Below are positions 41,459-51,834 of a stretch of 64,000 nt of DNA, one piece after another (the first letter of the stretch is position 1; every line of letters begins with the position of its first letter). Source of the DNA: Monocercomonoides exilis PA203 (lineage: Eukaryota > Protista > Preaxostyla). The position numbers and the translations under genes are program-made. Location of the stretch: the NCBI GenBank assembly GCA_001643675.2, contig LSRY02000001.1, positions 496,001-560,000 on the forward strand. The letters run 5' to 3'. The notes below the pieces were generated by a model. The model did not search any database. It was not told where the DNA came from and worked only from the letters and a program-made list of their open reading frames with translations.

Positions 41459-43796
41459 AGAACTTGTTCGAATTTTCCCTGCCGCACCGAATTGATCCTG
41501 TTAATTCGAATTATTTGTGACTTTTTGAATGTTTCTCGCTCAATTCGGTATTTTCTCAATCTTTTTCCAGGCAACTCGAGGATTTTCAAATTTTTTTTGT
41601 TTTGTGACTTGTGATCTTAACTTTTTTTGTTTATTAAATTACTTCACCATTATTTTGAGTTAGGTTTTAACTTTTTGTTTGTATGTTTATTATATGTAAT
41701 TAAAACTTTTTATGATCGGTTTTTGGTGTTTTGATTATTTTTTGAACAGTGCATTTATATCATGTTTTTATGCAATTTTAACGAGTATAAATAACTTTTA
41801 ACCATTTTTAACTATATTTTTTATATGTTTAGTATAAATATGAAAGTTCTTAATGTTTTAATTATATTTTTTTAATAAATTCAGACATTTCACATTTTTA
41901 TTTTTTGTTTTGAGTATTAACAATGAAATAAAGTTATTCGATAAAAATTTCTTGTATTCTTATGTATGTTTTATGTTAAATTAAACAAAAAAACTTATCA
42001 ATAATAAAATCATATTGTATTAAGATAAAAAGGTAACAAAGGTGAATTGAAAAATATAAAATTGCAAAGAAACTCAGTGTTTTGCGTTCAATAAGCTCTG
42101 CAAAGGAGTTTCGCTGACTCTTTTTTCTTTTATTGAAGCACTAGAGGAAGAAGCAGATGGAAAGGAAGACGATGATGAGGGTTGCTGAAGGCGAAGAGAC
42201 CTCCACTGATTTGGTAAAAACCAACTTGATGATTCATCACTGTTTCTTTCTCTTTCTTCATCTTCATCTCTTTCGTTAATAATTATTTCATCTCTCCTTT
42301 CCTTTTCTTCAACTGTTTTCTTTTCTTTCTTCTCCTTTTCATCTTTTCTTTCTTTTTCTCTTTGATCTTCACCAGTTCGCTGCTCTTGGGCTTCAGAATT
42401 GCCTGAAAAACATAGTTATGGTAATGTAAATATAAAAACAAGTAAAATAAACGATATAAACATAAATATGGGTAAAAATAAAAAAGTCTAACTATCTTCC
42501 GAATAAAACAGAGTTGTGATTGATGATGGTGTAGGAGCTTCAGGATTCAATCTTTTCTTCATATTGACTCGATAGCGTTCATTAGCGATTCGCTTTGCTT
42601 CCACTTTCTTCTCATGTGACTGCATCAGATATCCAATGAATCGAGAATTTGCATCTGAGTCGACTGCAGTCAGTGGGTTTTTCAGGATGTGAAAATTCGT
42701 TAAACAGCATGCAATTGTAAAATACTCCGCCACTCTTTCCACTTCAAATGGCCATGGACGCCTGAAAACTGCAAAAAGAGTCTTCAACCTCCCAAAAAAT
42801 CGCTCGACAATTACTCTTTTGCATGCCAATTCGGGTGTTCCGACAGGTTTTGAGATTATTGCACCCAATTCTGGCCTTGCTCCAATGTATGCTGAGTCAG
42901 CAAGTATCTTTGCTCCTCCCAATTGACTCTCAAATTGAGGTAAATGATCTTTGAAAAGGACAAAATCATGTGTTGACCCAGTTTGAACGTGGCTAATTGT
43001 ACAAGCAGTACCAATTCGAGGATTAACACCAACTTCCACCTTCACACAGTAAATATGATGCTTTCCACTATAAAATTTCTTTCCATATTCCAACCTCCCA
43101 CCTGGTCGATTTGTTGGAATTACAGTACAATCCAAAACAAGACCCACCTCCTTCATTCCTTCTAGACGATCTGGGCGAAAAGTGAGAAATAAATCAGTCA
43201 AGGGCACTCTGATGTCTGCAGCAATTCTGTGAAGAAGTCGAATTGTTGCATTTTGAGTGTCATAAAAAGAAGAAGAAAGCATAAATGTTAGTGTGGTGGA
43301 TCCATGATGAAGAAAAGTGAGTAATAGAAAAAGTTGATCAGAAAAATTGTTCATTGCTTTATCTTATCCTTGGTGAGGAGATATTTCTTTTTGAAGAAGT
43401 TGAAGTAATAAATCGAACTCAAATCGGGCGAAGCCCGTAAAGCGAAAAAAAGCAGTTGGTGTGTTGTCCAAAATATTCAAAGCTCTTTCGATGATTGAAG
43501 TGGTTTTTTTTGTTTCTTTGATAGCAGGAGAAGCAGGCATTTTATTTCTTTCTTCTACTCTCTCCAATACACTCAAAAGTGAAGATTCAGACATTGATCG
43601 AAACAGTCAAAAAATGATAACAACAAACACACCCTTTATATGTAAATATTTTTGTGATCAAAAAGGACCCATGATAAAAAACAATGGATGTGATTAAATC
43701 ACATTGGAACTTAGTCGATCTTTTTGGAATGATATCAAACTCATACCAAAAAGAAAATATTAATACGATATAACTAAATAAATTCGAATAAGTTCT
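41459..43796 (-). mobile_element. Element E2 (2338 bp)
   Basis: TIR AGAACTTGTTCGAATTT / AAATTCGAATAAGTTCT (16/17 match), AGT flanks. Confidence 0.9.
42074..43594 (-). pseudogene. E2 transposase with one in-frame nonsense codon (TAA at 43366-43364); intron 42492-42403
   Basis: PHQG*DKAMNN aligns to E1 PHRGKAKAINT. DDE motifs are intact. Exon 2 contains SWFLPNQWRS and ends TPLQSLLNAKH*. Confidence 0.85.
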
Positions 43797-43799
43797 AGT

Positions 43800-46170
43800 T
43801 GAGCTTTTTCGAATTGAGTGCATAATTTTGATTTGACTCAATCAACTTGCATTTAGTCAATCTTATTTGATTTGACTTTATCAAATCTGATTTGAATAAA
43901 TCATTTTTTGATCTTTTTTGAAAACAATTATGAGTCAATTACGATCAAGATATTGATTTAATTTTTCAAACTCTCTTCCTTGTTGGTAGATCTTAATAAT
44001 ACAACAAGTTTGTGAATTCTCTTTTTGATTGTTTTTAGTATTTATTGTTTATTTTCAACATCTCTTCTTCTGATTCGGATCATAATGAACAATTTGATAC
44101 TTACATTTTTAACACGAGCAAGAGATGATCAACAGTTGAAATTTAATTTATATCTGTATTTCAGAAAAACAAAAAGCTCTTTCGATCCAATTTTGTTTTC
44201 TTTTTTGTTTTTGTTAGGTTTTTTTTTCATTTCATTTTTAATAATGTATTTTGAATATAAAACAAACAAATATTTAGAAATTTTATAAATAAATGCAATT
44301 TTTGTTTTTCATTCAAAAAAATAAATTCTGAATTGGAAATATTAATTATTAAAGATTATAAAAAAGATGAGATGGTTGCTAAAAGAAGTTAAAGAAAAAT
44401 TAAATGATAATCACTTTTTATTCAGCAACGATTGAAGAACAGATGGGGGTTTATTTTGTTTTGAACCAACAGAAGAGGAAGAAGAAGCAGTTGATGAAGA
44501 TGATGATGAAAAGGAAGTAGAAGGTTGTGATTGTGAAAATGAAGGAAAAGGTTGAGTTGAAAATGGAGAAAAAATACTTATCGACTTCCATTGCTGCGGA
44601 AGGTGCCAAGCTTGTGAATTATCACAATTTTGATTTTCATCAAAATCATTTCTTTCTTTTTCCAAAACCTGTTCCCTTTGCTCGCTTCTTTGTACTAAAA
44701 CTTCGCTATTCGCTCTTTCTCTTCTTTCTTTAGCTTTTTCTGCTTCGTACGCCGTTTGATCATCATCAGAAGCATCTAAAATAAAAAAATATGGTAAAAT
44801 GATGTTTATAAAAATGAAAAAATTGTAATAAAATATAAAAAATAATGGTAAAAAAGTGAAAGATAAGCCTCCAATTTCTGCCAAAATTGTAGTTATTGTG
44901 GGTGTCAGTGTATTTTCTGGATTGAGTTTATTTTTCATTTTGGCGAAATATCGAGCATTAGCCACCTTCTTTGAATCAACTTTTCTCAAGTAATTCGAAT
45001 ATAACTCCTCCAAAAACAATGAATTTGCTTCAAAATCCTTATTTGTGAGTGGATTGTGCAAGATATGAAAGTTTGTGATGCAGCAAGCCACTGAAAAATA
45101 GTCCCCAACACGCTCCATTTCAAAAACCCACGGATGACGGAAGACAGAAAAGAGAGTTTTGAGCCTTCCAAAGAATCTTTCAACAATAACACGATGAGAT
45201 GCAAGCTCAGGAGTTCCAACGGGCTTTGTAATAATCGCCCCAAGCTCTGGTTTCGCTCCCATGTTAGCGGAATCGGCCAAAATCTTAACTCCTCCAAGCT
45301 TTTGAACAAATGTGGAGTAATGTTCTTTGAAAAAAGTGAAATCGTGAGTTGACCCAGAGTAAATAGAACTGATTGTACTTGCTGTCCCCACCTTGTGGTT
45401 CACTCCCACATCCGCCTTAACGCAATAGATGTGATGCTTCCCTGAGTAGTATTTTTTTCCAAACTCCAACCTCCCTCCAGGCCTGTTTGTAGGTATTACT
45501 GTGCAGTCAAGCACAATTCCCACCTCCTTCATTTGCTCTAATCGATCTGGACGAAATGAAAGAAAAAGATTTGCAAGTTGAGGTTTTAAATTTGATGCTG
45601 TTGAATGAAGAAGTCGAACAGTTGATGTTTGAGATTCGTGTTTTGATTGAGATATGACGTGAGTTAAAGAAATGGAGCCGTGGTGAAGAAAAACTAACAA
45701 AAGAAAAAGTTGTTCATCCAAAGATTCGATTGATTTTGCCCTTCCACGATGAGGTTGGGCTGAAGATGAGAGAAGACGAAGAAGCAAGTCGAATTCATGA
45801 CGAACAAACCCAGTCAGTCGGTGAAAACCGAAAGATGGGTCAGAAAATTTTTTACAAAATTTATCGATGATTGATTGCTGATCATCATCAGATTTAATCT
45901 CGACATGAGATGGCATCACATTTCTTTTCTCCACGCTCTTCAAAATATCGAAAAATGGAGATTGAGACATGAATGATGAAGTTTCAAAAAAGTTAAATAC
46001 AAAAACACCCATTAATAACAATTATTATCGATCATATTCGCACCCACAATTATAGTAATTTGCATTGACTCAATCAAATCGATTTGTCTCGATCTAATTT
46101 GCATTATATTTAACTTATCTGCTTTAGCAAAGGCAAATAATATATGACCAGTTCAAATCGCATAAGTTCT
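43800..46170 (-). mobile_element. Element E3 (2371 bp)
   Basis: AGT flanks, ends TGAGCTTTTTCGAATTGA / TCAAATCGCATAAGTTCT, shared subterminal motifs. Confidence 0.87.
44411..45970 (-). CDS. DDE_Tnp_4-type transposase of E3, open frame; probable 93-nt GC-AG intron 44868-44776
   Basis: Starts MSQSPFFD and contains LDCT, YSGKHH, LADSANMG and RVIVERFFGRLK. The C-terminal exon has AWHLPQQWKS and ends VLQSLLNKK. Confidence 0.88.
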   Translation of the reverse strand: MSQSPFFDILKSVEKRNVMPSHVEIKSDDDQQSIIDKFCKKFSDPSFGFHRLTGFVRHEFDLLLRLLSSSAQPHRGRAKSIESLDEQLFLLLVFLHHGSISLTHVISQSKHESQTSTVRLLHSTASNLKPQLANLFLSFRPDRLEQMKEVGIVLDCTVIPTNRPGGRLEFGKKYYSGKHHIYCVKADVGVNHKVGTASTISSIYSGSTHDFTFFKEHYSTFVQKLGGVKILADSANMGAKPELGAIITKPVGTPELASHRVIVERFFGRLKTLFSVFRHPWVFEMERVGDYFSVACCITNFHILHNPLTNKDFEANSLFLEELYSNYLRKVDSKKVANARYFAKMKNKLNPENTLTPTITTILAEIGGLSFTFLPLFFIFYYNFFIFINIILPYFFILDASDDDQTAYEAEKAKERRERANSEVLVQRSEQREQVLEKERNDFDENQNCDNSQAWHLPQQWKSISIFSPFSTQPFPSFSQSQPSTSFSSSSSSTASSSSSVGSKQNKPPSVLQSLLNKK

Positions 46171-46173
46171 AGT

Positions 46174-47140
46174 AGAACTTGATTAATTTGACTGAGTCGC
46201 GAAAATGTGACTCAGTCAAATCGATTTTTGTCTGGTTTATCGAATTTCTCTATTTTTAATCGAATTTCTCTCAATCTCAACAAGGGCGAAATTGTAATTT
46301 TTATGATCACAAATTGTGATCGAACATTTTTTTGTTTTGTTAATTTTTTTATTATTACAAGTTCACAAACGTTGAATTTTCAATATATTATTGTTTAAAA
46401 TACTTTTTTTAATATTCGTTAGATTTTTTGTTGTTCACTTTGTTTGATTCTGGTTTTTTGAAACCTTAAAATTTCGCAATTGTGGCTCAATTGTTTACTT
46501 TTATTGTTGAAATTGAACCAAATTTGTTTATATTTTGTACAACAAACATTTTTATATCTTTTTTTTTGTTAATTTTTAATATTTACAAAAAATTAAACTT
46601 TTTTGTGTTTTCTTAACTGTTGTGTGTTTATTAATCAATCATTGTTTGATATTTTTTCATTTCGAATAAAAATTGAAAAGAAGATATGATTCTAAAGCTT
46701 CTTTTTTTGTATTTTTTCTTTTTTCTGAAAATTATTGAGAAACGCAAAAAACAAATGAAACTTGTTCTAAAGATTGAAAAATGAAATGAAATTTACATGT
46801 ATCATTATAATTAATCACCAATAATTATTATCAAACAAAAACAATTTGAATTCCCAGGATATTCCGTTTAATACCAATAATTTTTAAAAACTTAAAGAAT
46901 AAGAAACTATTTTGAATGAAAAATCATTAAATTCTATCAAAATGTTATAAAATTGAACGCAATTTATTAATTTAAATTATAATTTTTAATAAAAATTCTT
47001 TGATCATGAAACCCAGAATTGAAAGCATCGAATGTGACTCAGTCACATCCAATTTGACTGCGTCTTAATGGCATTAGATCGATCTTATTGGATGTTGACC
47101 GATCTGATGCCACTTGATGCAGTCAAATCAATCAAGTTCT
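46174..47140. mobile_element. Non-autonomous element M2 (967 bp), same family as M1
   Basis: TIR AGAACTTGATTAATTTGACTG / CAGTCAAATCAATCAAGTTCT, AGT flanks. The ~150-bp ends are nearly identical to M1. Confidence 0.9.
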
Positions 47141-47143
47141 AGT

Positions 47144-49470
47144 AGACGTTTTTCGAATCTTGGACAAAAAATTAATTTGAATAAATAACATAGATGTCAA
47201 CCTCTTTTTTTGGTATTGATTCAATCAAATTGGAACTTTCTCAATCTCACTTGGTTTAAAATAGGAATTACGAAATGTTTGAAAAACTGATCTTATTATT
47301 TTTTTGTTTCTTCTTTTATTTGATTCTTTCGTTTCGATTATTCACAAAACTTTGATTTAATGTGCATCAATATTAAATTCATGGTGTTTTGATCTGTTTT
47401 CAGCAAATTTTGAGTTTTTAAAAAGTTCAAAAGGTTTGCAATAATTTTAAATTCTTACACATGATAAACTTACGATTGAACATTTTAACGAATTCTTATG
47501 ATTATTTTCACATGTTATAAGCTATCAACAGCTGCGCCGTTTTATTTTAAATCAGGATCATTAATAACACTTTTTCAACGTTTATTTCAAATAAAACTCA
47601 AGGGAAAACAACGATTTTTGTTTCATTTTAATATTTTCCATTAATATTTCATGATATACGAACAATAAATTATATTTTTATTCGCTTTTATTATTTTTTA
47701 TTAAAAAAGGTGAATGATTGAAAAATAGAAAAAAGAAAAGAAAAAAACTAATTTCTTTGTTCCAAAAGAAGCCTCAAAGGACTTGGCGTAATTCTTTTCA
47801 CCTTTTCTGGTTCTGATGAACGTGATGTTGAAGGAAAAGGAGATGAAGAAGATGCAGAAGAAGGTTGGATTGATTTCCACTGACCTGGTAAATACCAGGC
47901 CATAGAATTATTATCTTCGTCATTATCATTTTCTTTCAAATCAATCCTTTTCGTTTCATTTCTATCTTTATCTTCTTTTTCTTCTTTTTCTTCGATTTTT
48001 TGCTTTTCTTTCTTTTCTTCTTCACAATTCTTTTTCAGTGCGCCTTCCTTTTCATTCTGTGAAATATCTGAATAAAAAAAATGAGAAAATATAATGGTTG
48101 AAAGAGTAATCAAAAAAATCAAATAAAAGATAATGAATATAAATATGGGTAAAGAAATGAATAACAAACTGTCTATTTGTGTGCATAAAGTAGTTATCGT
48201 GAGTGTAATTGACAAGCTCGGATTCAAATTATTATTCTATTTTATTCGATATCTCTCATTCGCTATTTGTCTTGCTTTTTGTTTTTGTAAATGCTCCGTT
48301 CACAAGTTGTCCAAAATACGCTGATTTGCTTCCCCATCTGCCCTTGTCAACGGATTTCGTAATATCTGAATATTTGTCGAACGACAAGCCACACAGAAAT
48401 AATCTCCAACCCTTTCAACTTCAAATGGCAACTGTCTTCGAAAAACTGAAAAGAGGGTCTTCAGACGATCGAAAAAACGTTCCACGATGACTCGATGAGT
48501 AGCTAGCTCTGGAGTTCCCACTGGTTTGGTGATGATTGCAGCCATATCAGGTCTCGCACCTATGTAAGCTGAATCAGCCAGTATTTTTGCCCCTCCCAAA
48601 CGATCCAAAAATTGAGGATAATGATCTTTAAAAATTGAAAAGTTATGAGTGGAGCCAGAATGAATTGCACTGATAGTACTCGCTGTCCCAACTTTGGGAT
48701 TGACTCCGACCTCTGCTTTCACACAATATGTGTGATGTTTCCCGCTAAAAAACTTCTTCCCGAAGTCTTATCTACCTCCAGGTCTGTTGATGGGAATGAT
48801 TGTGTAGTCCAAAATAATTCCAATCTCCTTCATCACTTCAATCCTGTCAGGGCGAAATGTCAAAAACATATCTGCTAATGGAGCTCTGATATGAGAAACG
48901 ATACTTAGAAGAAGTCGGACAAGAGCGTTTTGAATTTCATAGAAAGGTGAGGATAAAATAGGTGTGAGTGTTGTTGAACCGTGATGAAGAAAAGTGAGCA
49001 GCAAGAATAACTGTTCATCAAAATTATTGATTGCATTTTGTTTCTCTCGACGATGAGGAACTTCCATTTGAAGAATGTGAATGAGAAAATCAAATTCTTC
49101 TTTTGTAAATCCAGTGAGTCGAAAAAAAGAAAAAACAGGATCATCAAAATAATCACAAGCTTTTTTGATGATGGAAATCTTTTCTTCTTTTTGAAGTGAT
49201 TCATTCCGTTGCGGAATAATATTTCTCCTCTCCACACTCTTCAAAACGTCCAAAAAATTTGAATGTGACATTTAAAAAAATAAGAACAACTTTCGTTTGA
49301 TCACAACCAAATATTGAAATTCTGTTAATAACGATCACGAAACCAACATTTGTGAATATGAATGTTATTGAATCAAATCAAATAAGTTTGATTCTTTTCG
49401 GTCTTTAATCCATATAATAAAGTGTGAACATATCTTTTGCGGATACATCAAATAAAATACAAAAGGTTCT
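47144..49470 (-). mobile_element. Element E4 (2327 bp), decayed
   Basis: Left flank AGT, right flank ATT. Ends AGACGTTTTTCGAA / AAAAGGTTCT. Confidence 0.85.
47748..49271 (-). pseudogene. E4 transposase pseudogene (several stops plus a frameshift); intron 48169-48068
   Basis: GGR*DFGKKF is followed by a 1-nt frameshift into SGKHHTYCVK, with further stops at DNL* and RIK*. Exon 2 has AWYLPGQWKS and ends PLRLLLEQRN. Confidence 0.85.
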
Positions 49471-49473
49471 ATT

Positions 49474-50268
49474 AGAACTTTAACGAATTGAGCTGGTCAA
49501 TACGAATTGATAAAATCAAAACATTTTAAGTTTTTTTATTAGTTTTGACTCAATCAATTCGGTTTTCCCTCTATCTTTTTTGTGATCAAAAAATCAAAAA
49601 TTATGTATCAATTTTTATCGAAATTCTTAGAAGTTTTTTGTGTTTTCTGAAACAGAGCAGTTTGTATTTATAAATTTTTTGATATGTTGATTATTTCTTA
49701 ATTTATTATTTGTATGTTGTTCATTTTTTTCTGAACAATGTATGAAATTGAACGATTTTATTCATTTTTGAGTAATTATTCGAAGAGATGTGTTTTCAAT
49801 GAATAATTTTGTTGTTTAAGTCATTTGAATCTATGTTTTTCTTTTCTTTTTAATTCAATTTATTATAACCTTGTTCTATTTTGATCATTTTATTTGAACA
49901 CTTCAAATCAATAAATTATAATTAAAAGAATAATAAACACTTTTTATTTTTTGAATTCATTCTATTTTGACAGATAGAAAATTGAACAAAGGATTTTTAA
50001 AAGTGTGAAAACTTTAAAACTCCATTTTTTTCAAGAAGAAACATGAACTTAATAATTTTTATGAAATAGACTTCATTTATTGATGAAAAATTGACAAAAA
50101 CAAAACTCTTTATTTTGTTGATTTTCAAATAATCGTATACCCAGAATTGAATCAATCGGTCTTGACTCAATCAAAACGGTTTTGAGTCTTCCTTTTTGGT
50201 TTTATGAACTACTAGTTGGACTTAGACTGAACTAACGGGTATTGATTTGATAATTTCGTTTAAGGTCT
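49474..50268. mobile_element. Non-autonomous element E5 (795 bp) with E1-like ends, most distal from the tRNA
   Basis: ATT/ATT flanks. The last ~130 bp align with the E1 right end (CCCAGAATT..GACTCAATCAAAACGGTTTTGAGTC..ATAATTTCGTTTAAGGTCT), and the left end resembles the E1 left end (CTGGTCAAT.CG.ATTG). Confidence 0.85.
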
Positions 50269-50392
50269 ATTTGGTTATTTATATTGCTAGAAGTTAATAC
50301 ATATTTCATACAAATTAAAGATTTTAATTCTTTAACTTTAAAGTTTTGAAAATATTTTTTTTTTTTTTGTTATTTTTGAAGATACCAAAATA

Positions 50393-50634
50393 TGGCTAAT
50401 TTTTTTTTAAAACTTCCTTTTGTTTAATTTCCAAAAAAATATAAATTTCTAATTTTTCATCTATTTTCTGTTCCCACTCACGTTTCTTTTCTCAAAAGGA
50501 AATAATAACATTGTTTAGGTTCTATTTCCATTTCAGTGAAGTTTTGTCAGTGGGAACTGAGATATGATTTAAATATGAAATTTTTTTTATTGGAAAATAA
50601 AACAAAAGGAAATTTTCAAAAAAAAATAAAGACA
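50393..50634. mobile_element. ~242-bp palindromic MITE, copy A (TA flanks)
   Basis: Long imperfect inverted repeat (TTCCTTTTGTTT..TGTTCCCACT / AGTGGGAACT..AAACAAAAGGAA), homologous to the copies at 52144 and 57172. Confidence 0.7.
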
Positions 50635-50720
50635 TATCACTTTTAATTGTTTGTTTATGATGAAATGAGAATATTCATTAAAGATTTGAAAATATTGAAA
50701 TTCTTTTGGAATAACTTATA

Positions 50721-51327
50721 CACCAATAATTATTCAAAGTCGAAAAACTTTCAATCGAAATCGAAATTTTAAATATAAAAAATATGTTTCCTAAAGAAAA
50801 TTTAATCGAAGAAAAATATTATTCTTTTGTTTTTGAGAATATTATTGGAAATGTTTGTGTTGTTGTTTTCTGCAAATTTTGAAGATTTCGAACCAAAATA
50901 AACTCTGAAACAAACTCCAAACAAAACTTGAGACATTTGTTTCTTTCAATAAGAAATGAGTTTTTTGTTATGAAAAAACACAAAATAAGAGAGCCAACAC
51001 TGTATTCATCATTCTTTTCAAAATTAGTTATGTGAACAATTTTTTTCTATGGCATATTTTTATTGAAGAAGAGTGCTTTCATTTGAAAAGAGATAAAAAT
51101 TTGTTTGAATACCTCTCATGTTTTGAATTTGCAACTGTTCAAAAAGAATAACAAAAATATAACGGAAAAGGGATGAAAAATCATTTTAATAACAAATATC
51201 ATTGATATTTCAACAATTTAATTGTTTTTTTGACTTTTATTGATTTTTGTCAACTTTTTAAAATTTTGAAGTTTTTCGAATTTTCGACTTTGCTTGAAAG
51301 TTTTTCGATTTTGAATTATTTTTGGTG
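50721..51327. mobile_element. 607-bp MITE with ~50-bp TIRs and TA target duplication (Tc1/mariner-type)
   Basis: TA|CACCAATAATTATTCAAAGTCGAAAAACTTTCAA ... TTGAAAGTTTTTCGATTTTGAATTATTTTTGGTG|TA. Confidence 0.75.
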
Positions 51328-51472
51328 TATTTCTCAAAATTACTAGATTAAAGATATTTTCCCCATACATCATTAATTATTCAAAAATAATAAAAATGAA
51401 GATTTTTCAAAATATGTTTTTTATAATAAATTGGTTTTTGGCCAATTGTTTGTAATTGATAAAAATATAATT

Positions 51473-51830
51473 CAGATAGCGCAAAAAATGCCTGACAAGA
51501 TCGATTACTCAACAACTGCATGAGGAAAAATTTTGTTTATTTTCCTCAAAATTAATCTCATTAATACAAACTCATTTGATACACAAAACTTTCAAAACTT
51601 CCTCGATTATGCTCAGAAAAAGTAATTTTAAACATTTCGGAGAAACTCAAAATTATATTTCTCTAAGATTTCGATATATATTTTTTCTGAGCTCAAACGA
51701 GGCTATTTTGAAAGTTTTGAATATCAACTGAGTTTGTATTAATGAGATTTATTTTAAGGAAATTTATCAGAATTTTTCCTCTTGCAGTTGTTGAGTAATC
51801 TATCTTGTCAGGCATTTTTTGCACAATCTG
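51473..51830. mobile_element. 358-bp foldback MITE
   Basis: Arms of ~150 bp: GCAAAAAATGCCTGACAAGATCGATTACTCAACAACTGCA.. versus ..TGCAGTTGTTGAGTAATCTATCTTGTCAGGCATTTTTTGC. Termini are CAG..CTG. Confidence 0.8.
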
Positions 51831-51834
51831 TATT

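Larger units (their letters stand above)
38137..50271 (-). mobile_element. Tandem array of seven PIF/Harbinger/IS5-like DNA transposons abutting the 5' end of tRNA-Thr
   Basis: Units begin (A/T)GA(A/C/G).. and end ..G(T/G)TCT. They are separated only by AGT (38137, 40484, 41456, 43797, 46171, 47141) or ATT (49471, 50269). There is no host DNA between units. Confidence 0.9.

Noticed and set aside
40478-47150. The junction palindrome AGTTCT-AGT-AGAACT resembles the tRNA-Thr anticodon loop (CT-AGT-A), hinting at tRNA-guided targeting or a CRISPR-like repeat
   Set aside because: It is fully explained by TIR + TSD + TIR. The match is only ~6 nt and on the opposite strand to the tRNA, the distal junctions are ATT, and the spacers are kb-sized transposons.
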